From positions 22,850,912 through 22,914,911 of the forward strand of contig NC_092675.1 of the NCBI RefSeq assembly GCF_964355755.1: a stretch of 64,000 nucleotides of DNA. The letters are read 5' to 3'. A program made the translations under genes and the position numbers. This document shows, piece by piece, positions 1 to 12,200 of the stretch (its first letter is position 1; every line of letters starts with the position of its first letter). The stretch is from Antedon mediterranea. Lineage: Eukaryota; Animalia; Echinodermata. Below the pieces are notes generated by a model. That model did no database searches and was not told where the DNA came from. It saw only the letters and a program-made list of their open reading frames with translations.

Positions 1-7
1 GTATGCA

Positions 8-2479
8 TCTATATATAAATTATGGTTAATTCTGACATAGGCGAGCACAATGCAAAAACTTCGGTACTAATCTCCGCCTTGGATACCTACCTTATCTATC
101 TCAGATGTACCGCGAAACGCAGATTTGATAACATTAGTTTTCAGTACTAGGCTATTGTTCCATATTTCTATCTTAGGAATTTATTATAAAGGGTTTTATA
201 AGAAATTTTCTGATTTCAATCGGTATATTTTAACTCTACGCGCAGTAGATGTAATTTCCGGGTTCCCTGCATGGTTGGTTTCAACCAGGGAGTTGTAAAA
301 CAACTCCCTCCCTGTTTCAACTAAGTTGGCCGTTGGTGCTTGGTGGCGATAGCCATTTTGTTTTTTTGTTTATTTTCAGACCGCGTGTGTGAAGGTATAG
401 TAGTACATAAAGATCAAATTAAATATATTCATAAAACATAGTATAGGAGTAAATTGTGGGAAATAATTATATAAAATTACATCGAGAGAATTGATAAGAG
501 CTTTTGTTTGAAATCGAACGAAACCCCGATAGCCGAGTTATTGAGTAAGCTGCCAGGACTCATTAGGGCCTATGTATACTGTGCGCTGTGTCCCGTCAGG
601 ACCCTGGGATACTTCTGCCCATGTTGCAAGCCGTCTAAAACGTCTTACTTCTTACTTCAAAACGGCTCACTGTGTCGCGGAGTAATGTATTAATTATACC
701 AACTAGATGGTACGCTCGCTTCGCTCGCGTACCATCTAGGTCGTTCCCACAGATGGTTCTCGAATACACAGTAATTTCAGCATAACAAAACTGGCGATTT
801 CAAATGTACGTACCGCAGGACTATAGGCCTATACATTGTCGTTTACAGAAACAAATAAATAGACACGATGATTTATGTAGTCAACTAAAATTAGCACCCT
901 GGGAATTACTTCCGAAGGAGAAACTTATCACAAAATGAGTCCAAGTTTTTGATTTGGACTCATTTAAAGAAACCCAATTTGTGTTTTGTATGTAACATTA
1001 GGGTTGAGGGATGGGAAAGCGGATAGGTACAAAGAGGAACAATTTTTAAATATATTCTTTATCCACCCAGTAACAAAATATTTTTTTCATGTTTTATAGG
1101 CCTATAAATAATATACCTCTAAATACAGTAAAACATTTGCGATTTAATACTTTTTTTATTTTATTTATTTATTTATTTCTTTTAAATATTCATTGTACAC
1201 TAATTTTCCCCGTGTATGGCAAGAGATTCCTAATTATATTAGAGAACATTCTTTATTTAGTTTAGTTAAAACTGTCACTGTCATAATCGATTGAAATATT
1301 AAAGTACCATGTCACGATACACCACTACGACGTTTATATTTGGTAATTATTAATTAATACAAACGTTGAGAAAGAACTGTCAGTATAAAGTTTATTTGTA
1401 TATAATAATGTGTTTATATATCTAACAGTAGAGCCTATCCACAATCTCGCAAGTTTATTCTCAAAGGGCCCATATATTTACCTACCGTATGTGTTAAACC
1501 AAGGGCTCATAAATTTACCTACAGTACTTGTGTTAAACCAAACTCTGGCAGACTGAGAGATTGGGATGTTCCATTCATCGCAAATCAATAGATTTGTATA
1601 ATCGTATATTAAATCTATCAAAATAGTATTTTTTAAAGAAAATCGGCCTGTCTTCAACATTATGATGGTGTACTCTAGCTGTTCAACCGGTTTTCAGCTA
1701 TTAAAAACAATTATCGTAGGAGGAGATAGGAAAATGCGAAGCCTCCTCGCATTTTTGTGGCGGGTATTTTTCAAGACGGACATCCATTATACAGTGTATA
1801 CCACGGTCGGAAAACACCCCTATTTGGGGCAAATCTTGGAACCTAAATTCGTTTTAACCGTCAATAACTTATTATCTAACTTAATTTAATTAGTAAACAG
1901 GGTTACATCAGGTGGTTAAAATCAGTACCGAAAGTACGAACCAACTTTATATACCATCGAGTAAAAATTATAGAAGTAAGGCGCGATTTACCGAATTTTG
2001 CCCTTACGTAAATTTATATATAGATTAGGATGGTATTTATTTGAATAAACGCACGTAACACCTTCCCAATAAAAGACTCAATTACAATAATTATCGCCAC
2101 TCCCTCCACCTCTCCCCCCCCCCCACTACCCCACAAAACACAATATTGTATTATTTTATAACAGAATTATACTATTTTTAGTAGATTTCATCGGACTGTT
2201 ATCTACAATTTACCAAGCATTTGTTATTCTTTTTTACCACTTTTCATATCTACAATAAACACTATACGTAAAACGCTATTAATCATCTAAGACACTGTGA
2301 AAGAGGTTAGTGAGTAGGTTTAGTTTTACGAATATCAAAAGCAAATAATGGTAACCGACCGAAATCGTTCAAGCCAGAATGTCCTTCTAAAACTTTTTAC
2401 CCGAGTCATTTTCATTATTCCGTGAACCATCGTCTACACTTCCTAGAGGAGGAGCGAGCTAAGCGAGCTCACCCTCTAG
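8..2479 (+). mobile_element. Non-autonomous Helitron, family B copy 1 (interrupted by a nested family A Helitron at 703-2024)
   Basis: Starts A|TCTATATATAAATT at 8 and ends in a hairpin CTAGAGG...GCGAGCTAAGCGAGC...CCTCTAG|T at 2479. Segments 8-702 and 2025-2479 align colinearly with the reverse complement of 8904-10217. 5'-TC, 3'-CTAG, A|T insertion site and no TSD are Helitron hallmarks. Confidence 0.85.
703..2024 (-). mobile_element. Non-autonomous Helitron, family A copy 1 (nested in family B)
   Basis: On the minus strand it starts A|TCTATATATAAATTTACG (2024) and ends CTAGATGGTACGC-GAGCGAAGCGA-GCGTACCATCTAG|T (703), a perfect 13-bp terminal stem. A near-full-length homolog lies at 36784-38035. 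Confidence 0.88.
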
Positions 2480-3383
2480 TTTATATTAACTACACTATTT
2501 AAGATATGGAATACAAACCAATGTTAGTTGGCATCATTAGAACTAATTTCCAGTGTTTTTCAAGACCTAACTAATTAATTGATGTAGAACATCACCAATT
2601 AAAAAAAAAAGGGATTTGGAACGAGGTCTGGAAGGGTCGGTAAATAGGGATTGTACACATTCAGACCAAAGCAGACTGAATATCGCATTGTAGTACTGTG
2701 TTTTATTTGTTCTGATCTATCACTTAGGCGACTCTTGGTTCGGTAATCTCATGTTGACACACAGCGGCTGACAGCGCAGCAAACTATATTCTGACACGAT
2801 GGCGATTGGTAAAGCAATAAAAGTACGATTATATAAGTAGGAGTTGATGTCGATTAATTTATAAATTGAAATAACAGCAACTGCCAACGAAATAACCTTA
2901 ATCCTATGTGTATTATTATCTGCCATTAAATAAAACTATAAAATGTATACACTTGTTATGTTAAGGTTCCTTTAAAGACACATTCTGGCAACAAACTCTA
3001 TCGGAATATATTTTGTGTAATATAAGATATTTATTTGGGATTTAGAAAGAGAGGAACATTTAATTCAATTCTCGGTATTTATAGTTTGTACTGGGGATTG
3101 AATGCAATCTTGTTTTTTATTTGTGCGCAGTTTTTTTTATCAACGTACTATTTGAAAATGTACGACTTTAAGGAATGACGCATTTCAAATATATGTGTAA
3201 CATAAATCAGCATGGTTTTCTATTTAAATGGTCAAATGCAGAATTCTGCTATAAAAACCAGTCGGACCTTTTCCAGTAGTTTTAAGTGAATTTTACAATA
3301 ATTATCCAGTGAGTTCCCAGTTCTTAAGAAATTTCATATTGAATGGGAAAATAAGGAAGATAGTTGAAAATACTGATACTAAC

Positions 3384-5165
3384 CTATCCATGTCACAATA
3401 GCTGTCGTGACAACCATACTTTTAGAGCGCGTATTCCTAGAACGAATCGCCAGTACAACAAGACGATATCGATCGATGGACATAATTGCCAGAGTAAGGC
3501 ACGTTGCCTGCACACTTACCTGAAAAATGAAGATATATACAGAATATTATATAGTGTATATTGTTAATATGTTATATAATATTAAATACATAAACTGAGA
3601 GGAAGATAATAGATGTGATGTTTTATGAATGATGCAAACCATTGTATTCTATAAAATCAAAATATATAATCCTGTTATCTTATTGTCTTTTACAATAATT
3701 ATGATATAAGTCCATATAAACGATCTATCATAATCAACACGTAATACGATATACTTTTCTTGTCAAAGTGTTTGTTGTTGTTTGGTCCTGTTTAAGAGAG
3801 TACTGTATTCACTATAGTCCTAATTGTATTAACGGTTTTACTGTTGCTTATTAATTAGAACGAGTTTATGCATTAAGTAATCAAACTCTTGCGTTTGTAG
3901 GGTTGATGCAGACTGTCAACGGTTTGTTGATGTCATCATGTCACTTAACTGTATCTTTAGTGAATGTTAGACTTATGAAATTGTATTGTGTTGACACGTT
4001 AGTTATAGCATGTCATGATGTGAATGAAATAGAAATATTCCAGTTCATTACCGGTACCTATGATGTACTGTAGCTCTTATTACTTATTTGTATGTTTTAT
4101 GGCTCCTTTGTTTTATCTTTAATAATTAATAGGCCTAAATTCATTGATCGAGTATGGTAAATACTGTACGTTCAACTAATGAACGTCGTTTCGCACACAC
4201 ATGTAGTAGACATATAACAGTGATTAGTATATTAATGAACCAATTTGTTTTCTAATTATGCAACTGAACACTAATCTAATTAAATTGACCTTTCAGTATA
4301 CATTATATTAATTACGTAATCTGTACACAAAAAAAAATCAAATGCGAAGTTACAATAATTCATAATATATTGAATAATCACAAATTAAAAGCTTTATTAA
4401 AGCACTATTCTGGCAAATAATTACATTGTTTAAACAAAAATATTGTTTAGCCATAAATTCTCATATTTTACTTTAACATCGTGCAGTATAATGTCTACTG
4501 ATGATACCACTGTACATAATAAATATAACATAACATAACCCTCTAAATAATTTCTCATATGAAAAAAATATAACGACACATTTAGGGTCCGAACCAAGGT
4601 CCTATTAGAGAGCTGAAGTGCCAGGGAATAGTGAAATTACACTCTTCACTGGAAGTATTTAACCAATCAGCAGAGCGACTGAATGACAGAAAAATCAGGA
4701 GAAGCTATGCAATATGATACGAAGGTTACTGACAATCAATCAGTCATTACAAATTACCTTTAAAAACAACAAATACAATAAAAACATGATGATTAGAAAA
4801 AAAAATCTACCAAAAATGCTTCTTACCAACATCATGTAATTTACGATCCGGCATACAACTGGACCAACAGCCCAACCTCGGTACATAAACGTTGTTGGTA
4901 ATGCACACGTTAATAATAGAGCGATATCTGTCATTGCTAAGTTTGCAAGAAAATAGTTTGTGGCTGTGCGCATCTCCTGGTTAGTAAATATAATATAAAA
5001 CACAGTAACGTTCCCAATTATACCGATAACAATTATCAGAACGAAAACGACAGGGGCTACTATAGACATCATCCTGAAAAATTCATAAATCTGTCTCGCT
5101 TCCTCTGCGTTAAGCCCTGCATCATATTGTGAGGACAGATTACTTGAGTAATATTCCTCCTCCAT
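3384..5165 (-). CDS. KISS1R: Kisspeptin-receptor (GPR54)-type rhodopsin-family neuropeptide GPCR, partial: exon 1 5165-4827 (N-term to TM3) and exon 2 3519-3384 (TM3-TM4); remainder decayed or outside the window
   Basis: Exon 1 encodes GIIGN...MRTATNYFLANLAMTD...CRIVNYMML and ends at a GT donor in phase 0. Exon 2 (136 nt) encodes VSVQATCLTLAIMSIDRY...TWI and ends in phase 1. VSVQATCxTLxxMSxDR and these two intron positions match vertebrate KISS1R as I recall it. Confidence 0.8.
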
Positions 5166-5529
5166 CGTGAACAATTATGTCTGTACGCGGGTTGTTGCAG
5201 CATTGTAAGAATCAGTTCAAAATGCATCATTGTGGCTAAATGTATAGTGTACTGATTCATGGTTTGTGATGTCATTCGACTAAGTGATTTGGATTGGTTG
5301 GTATGACTTAGCAATGTATAAAACAAAGAATTGTTTCTTTTTATGTAAAATACTTTTACAGTATTATTCATTAATGTTATATTTCGTGGTACAATTAATT
5401 AAATCAATCATTTCCAATTTATGAATGTCGTATAACTATGGGGTGCGTGTTAACAAAATGTTAGTTATATAAATGTAAATCATATAGAAAGAGAATCTTT
5501 GATGGCAAGATTTTTTACTCTTGCTCAAG
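5166..5529. promoter_or_regulatory. Candidate bidirectional promoter between the GPCR and STRA6-like A, with a putative 28-nt first coding exon 5502-5529 (+)
   Basis: TATATAAAT at ~5466. ATG at 5502 reads MARFFTLAQ to a CAAG|GTAACT donor that is phase-compatible with the acceptor at 6240 (giving VSR-MTLH). The GPCR ATG is at 5165 on the other strand. Confidence 0.35.
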
Positions 5530-6248
5530 GTAACTTATCGTGTTCATCATAATTACTGTGTTATTTCCCTTTCATGGAGCAATAAACTTTCTTTTCATAA
5601 TTATTATGTGGATTTAATATCAATTATGACGTGCAAAATACAGTCACAGCAATTCTTAAAGGTAGCTCCGTGTATAAAGTTCCTATTAATTTTGTTAAAA
5701 ATAACAAAGGAACAACATTCACTTATTTTTCGTCAGGTGTAAAGATGATACGATCATTGTGAAATTACCCATTTATTTTTAAAATTGGTGTTTTTTCATA
5801 ATGTTATAAGATAGGATGTTTACTGATTAGCATTAACCATTTAACTATTTCTAAAAAATAGCATTGTTCTTATTTTAAAATTGATTTTTTTTCGAAAATG
5901 CCTCAAATTTACATAAAATGGCAATGAATTTTTGTGTATTTCCTATCTTAACATACTTTTTTTTATACATTTATACAAATAATGAAAATAATTGTGTGGG
6001 TTTATATTTACCGCCTAATTATTATTGTTGTACGCATAATTGCTATCCCACGCAGCAGTGTTTTAATTAATTTTACATGCGACAAAGAACACGAATATAC
6101 TGTAGGCTTACATGCATTTAAAAAGGTTGTATGTCTGATGTTGCTTTATAATAAGCAAATCAAACTCTGCATTTACATTGTCATCACTTTAATAATGCAC
6201 TGTATTTATTATACATTTTAAACTATATAATTTGTTGTAGTTTCTAGA

Positions 6249-9200
6249 ATGACTCTTCATGATACGGTAATTGATCAGTTGCCACCAGGGGCGGATGAGT
6301 GGACACATGAAGAGTTAAGAGACTACTACAATGAGGCTAACCTCACAGAAGATCAAAGAGACTACTTTATGGATTATTTCAGTGCGTATGACTCAGACGA
6401 TGCGCAGTCGGATGAATTTTGGAAGTTTACACAATCCTGGATTTTTGGGTAATATCCTCATGTTTGATTTCAAGAAATAATTTTAAACGAAATCAATGAG
6501 TATTTTATTTATTTATTCAGGTTTATACAATAAAAAAACATGCAGCCCGAAGGCTGAAATTGTTGATTTACAAATATATATATATATATATATATATATG
6601 GAAACACAAAAATTTAAAAAATACAAAAATTTATACAAAACATTAAAAAATTAAAAAGAAAATCAGTTAAAAAAATAAAATTATGTTATGTTAAAAAGAT
6701 TACAAAATTTATATACAAATGCATAGGCCTATATGTAAATATTTATAACATAGCCATCTTCAGCGTGATCAGGTACTGTTTAAATTAAGGATTCTACTTA
6801 TAGTAAGGGCAGGCGAGGTCTTAAGACGGTTAGTTCTACAAACAGGTATATTAATTAGGGGTTTATCTACCGTGGTTGATCTAAGCTCTCTAGTAATAAT
6901 GCGGTAGTCGGGCAAAATAGTTCTGTACAATTCCGATTCCAAGAGCCTTTCTCCAATTTTTTTAATCAACGTCTCTCGTCTGGATGCGAGAGTGGTCATA
7001 TCAGTAAGCTCAAGAGCTGAATCATACGTAAGGAAAGCGGGACCCAGAATAATACGTAAAACTCTCTTTTGCACTCTTTCAATGGTCGATATTTGGGCCT
7101 TATTGATGCTTCCATGCCACATAGGGCAGGCGTATTCTAAGATTGGGCGAATATAACAAACATAAACGGATATCATATCATGAACTGGTACATTGGCCCT
7201 TCTAAGGATATATAACGTATACAACCTTTTGGATGCTCTTTTTACCATGTCACTGACATTGTTATCCCATTTCAAGTCATCCTGGATTATAAGTCCAAGG
7301 AGCTTCATACACGAAACAACATTAAGTGTTGTACCGCTAAGGTAATAATTAGGAGGGGGAATATTTCTTTTCAAAAAATTAACTCTCATGATATGACACT
7401 TAGAGGGTTTAGGGACCATGTGATTTGTATCACACCACTCAGTAAGGTCATCAAGACAAGATTGAAGTTTAGGGGCATTACCATGTTTAACAGTGTCACC
7501 AAGAGTGAGATCATCAACATACTTCCACCATCTGCAGCCTTCCATAGAGATATTATTGACTAATATAAGAAACAAAATTGGCCCAAGCTTTGTACCCTGT
7601 GGAATCCCACATGTGATGTTGGCATAAGGGGAAAAGGATGAACTAAGTTTAGTATTTATTTTACGATCTGTCAGAAAGCTACAGATGGTGGGAATAATAG
7701 ATGTTCTCACTCCGATGTCGACTAGCTTTCTAACAATGACCGTATGGTCAATTCGGTCGAAGGCCTTCGTAAAATCAACGGCACAAATATCCACAAAAAA
7801 ATCACCTTTTTCAATATCACTAATTACAGACTGAATCATGTCCACAAGATAATGGCTAGTAGATGAGCCTTTACGGCAACCAAATTGTTTAATATCTAAA
7901 TGTTCATGAATGTCACTAGTCACCCAATCAGTAAGGAATGACTCAAACATCTTGGCAAAGATGGGGGTAAGTGAAATTGGCCTGAAATCTTGGAATGATG
8001 TTAACATTAGAAACTTTTGGAACAGGAATGGCTGTTGCTAACTTCCATAACTCGGGAAATACACCTTCATAAAGACAACAATTAAAAATATGAGCAAGTG
8101 GGGTAGCAATTTCAAAGGCGAATTCTTTTATAAGTTTAATTGGCAAGTCATCAGGGTGACTAGACTTCTTTGACTTTAATTTATTAATCAATCGTCTGAC
8201 TTGTCCAGGAAAAATTGTTGGCGGGGGTTCAGGTGAAGGCAAATATGCAGGAAGAGCATTTACATCAACTGGGGGAAGCTGTCGGCACACAGATGCAAAG
8301 TGGTTATTGATATCATTTGCAAGATCTTGATTTGAGTGGCCAGGGAATTTTAGCATGGTTCGATTTTTTAGATTGCACAGTTTACGTACACTGTGATGCC
8401 ATGTTGCCGGATCATTATTTTTAAGGCCTCGCATTGATTTATCATAAAAAAATTTCTTTGCTGAACGAATGCTTCTCTGGACAGCATTGCGTGTTTCTCT
8501 CCATTGAGCTTTAGTACAGTTGTTATACATTCGTTGCCTTGCATCAAGTAGTCGACGAACGTTTTGAGTCATCCAAGGACGATCAGCTATTCTTTTTCAT
8601 ATTTGCTTGACAGGGAAATTGTGATTATATGCACCTTTTAAGACATTGAAAAAACCATTTACTTTCTCATTTATACATAAGTTACGATCGAACGTCCAGT
8701 ACTAGTCATAGTATGAGTGTACTTAAAGCTCAGACATTGTTAAACAAGGCCAACAGCCATAAGTCGCGTGCTAAAACGCATAGTGATACCGGACCGACAG
8801 ACAGACTGACAGACCGATAGACCCGACAGACCGACCGACCGACATAGTGAACTATAGAGTCGCTTCCACGCGACTAAAAACAGAGAAGCGTTGCTTTAAA
8901 TTACTAGAGGGTGAGCTCGCTTTGCTCGCTCCCCCTCTAGGAAGTGTAGACGATGGTTCTCGGAATGATAATGTTCTCCTTATACGTTTTCTGTCGGTTA
9001 CCATTATTGAAAATGCTTGACATTCGTAAAACTAAACTACTTCGTTTCATAGTGTTAGATGATTAATAACATTTGAAAGTATGTGTTTTATTGTTTTGTA
9101 GGGCCCTTTGTGGAGGCGGATGTCATTTGAGGGAGGTGCTTATTCGAGGGATATATGTTAAATTTTTTAGTTTTAATAATGGTAACATTTATAATCAAAT

Positions 9201-12200
9201 GAAATCCTCTAATAGATATGAAAAGTGGTAAAAAAGAATAACAAATGCTTGGTAAATTGTAGATAACAGTGCGGTGAATTCTACTACAAATAGTATAATT
9301 GTGTTATTATAAATATGTGGATGGACGTTTATTAGATAGTTGGGTAGGGGGTGGGGGTGGGGGTTATTATTCAAAGTGATGTTTTATTGGAGAGGCGTTT
9401 ATTCAAATGAATACCATCCTAATAATTATTAATACATTATTTAATTTAATCATCTTTTGAAACTAACTGCCGTGACAGAGTGGGCCCAAGAAAGAAGACA
9501 TGGGCAGACATGTCGGTCCTAACGGGACACAGGAAGATAGCCTACAGTTATTCCTGCAAGCTTACTCAATAAAACTCAGCTATCGGGATTTCACTCGAAA
9601 AATGTCTTATCATCAAATCTCCCTATGTAATTTTATAATACTATTCCCCACAATATATTCTGATTCTTTATGGCGTATATTGAATTTGATCTTTATTAAT
9701 TTGCAGTATAATTCCTATTATTTAACTACTGTACCTTCACACATGCGCGCGGTATGTTTTAAAATAAACAAAAAACTGAAATGGATATATCTGATTTTTT
9801 TTTTCGTCTTCCAAAGGGACACTGTATTGATTGATGGAAAGTGCCTGTTTCCAGTCACCTTTAGGGTCAAATCTATTATTTTAACTGCTCCCTTGTGTTT
9901 AAAAGAGAGAAAATATTTGAAACCAGGTCGTTGCAAGGTGAACTTATCTTAAACCCGGAAATTACTTTGACCGGGAAGAATTGAAATTGAGAGGAAAATC
10001 TAATGTTGAAATCATAAATGTTGTTAAAAAACTCTTTATAATATCTTCCTAAGATATAAATATGGAACAATAGCGTCGGCGTGCACACTAATGTTATCAA
10101 ATCTACGTTTCGCGGTACATCTCGGATAGATAAGGTAGGTATCCAAGGCGGAGATTTGTACCGAAGTTTTTGCATTGTGCTCGCCTATGTCAGAATTAAC
10201 CATAATTTATATATAGATGCTCTTTGTGTGTTTTTTTCTCGTTGTTCGGTAAAACGGAAAGCAGTAAGATCAAATATTCTCTAAATTGATAAACGTACTG
10301 GCTTATGACACTAAAAATAGTTAAGAACCCGAGGATTTAAAATTAATTTTAACTTAATGGTATTGCTTATATTCAATAAGAGTGATGGTAGTGATATTGA
10401 ATATTTTTCTATGATAGTTATATTGATGACTAGGAAAGATACCCGTCCCGAGGTGCTTAAATACCATACCCATCTTACTTCCATCCACTAAACATTACAG
10501 TACAATTCCGGTCAATCCACGTGCATATAGCAACTCTCCCTTTATCTTAGGATTTAGATGATGAAGATCATTATGGTGAAACACTAACGATGTTAGTGAC
10601 AATGATTGCAACAATTAGTTACAGTAAGGGTTGTAAACATGATTGCAACAATTAGTTACAGTAGGGGTTGTAAACATGAGGAGGACAGTTAATGAAGATT
10701 TTTACAAAATGGTTTTATTGTATTTATTTATTTATTGTAATTTTTATTTGTTGTTATTTTAATCATCTGATAGATTATATGTTTTTTCCTAACTGCTATT
10801 CAAACTTTGGTTTTATATTGTGTATTTATTACATTAAAGATCTACTGGTGAATACGGTTGCGATAATCCAAGATTTAACTTCATTGACTATCTTGCGTGG
10901 AATTTAGCACCAGCAGTAAGTATTATTTACTTCATTCTTTATTTTGACTGATATTTTAGTTCCAATAAAGCAGTACTGACAGTAGTCACTTTTTACATGA
11001 ATTTTAGCTATAAACAATGTTTCAAGTTATAAAGATGTTTAAGCTTACTCAATCGTTCAGTGCTTCTATTTTGGCACTAGATTCTCATTCGGTATCATGT
11101 CAGGTGACAATAAACTACCCCAAGTACCGTGTCTGCCGACGGCGACGTTTTTCTTTAAGTCTCCTGATAATAATAATATAGTTTGCCTATTCTTCAAAAA
11201 CTGTTACTGTAGGCTGAATGGATATTGCGTTTGAGCTGTTTGGACGCCAATTTTGGCAAATGTTATGTAGTGTAAAAGTCAATTATTATTTTGAAATGTT
11301 TTCACCACGGAATTGCTTGCTTTGGTCTGTGTTTTTGTAAAGGGTGGCTACTGAAGTAAACTAAATTTCTACGAACGAACAGAAATCACTCATAAGCTTG
11401 TCAGTCTATAATATGATACTTTATAATAATTTAAGATAAAAAATAGATGAACGATAAAATAAAATAGATAATATTACTATCTATTGTACATTGCATTGGC
11501 TTTTACCGGTAATTCAGACAATATTGTTAAAAGCTGATTATTTCCATGGATTGTTTTGTCTTCGTTAGTGTTTAATTAGCTGGCTCGTTCACAGTATTTT
11601 GTGACCGTCAACAAGTCTATTATAATGATATAAGTACCGATTATTCATCTCTTTCTGTTTAAGCCAAACAAAAAACTATCACTTTACGTAACTTCACTTT
11701 TAATCAATTGACATTAATCTTGTTACAGTAATGTCTCGTAAATGACTAAAGGGGAGTTACATTCAAGCTTATTGTCTCCTTCAACGTTTCTATTGACTGT
11801 CTTATTTGTATACCTTACATGTTTATTGCTCAGCTATTTTTACTTTTCACTTTTAATGAATAAAAGGAAATATATATCGAGTCCAATTCCTGATATTCCA
11901 GAACCACATTGTAAAATAGAAATCACATTTTTTAAAATTATTTTTATCCAGTTAAATGCAGTTAGATTAATAAGGCTTTCGGGCATGATTAACTCTGATA
12001 CAAAGATAACTAAATCTATGGGTCAACTTTTTGGTTTGATTTTTCAAGTTGAAAATAACTAAGGTACAGTCATCATGTCAACAATCTGCTGTATATTTGA
12101 CAGTATGTGTCTAATAATTTACTATAAAAAGAAATGCAGTCATAAAAGACACGAATCGGTACTTAAATTGATTAGAGAAAGTTATACACGTTTTATTCAA

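Noticed and set aside
508-1889. Short ORFs at 508, 1478 and 1662, and counterparts at 36766-37801 and 9500-10284
   Set aside because: They lie inside non-autonomous Helitrons, frames differ between copies, and there are no Rep/helicase motifs.
6449-6460. Possible U12-type donor (ATATCCT near the exon end)
   Set aside because: The phase-compatible donor is GTAATA at 6449; ATATCCT is offset and no matching AC acceptor is needed.
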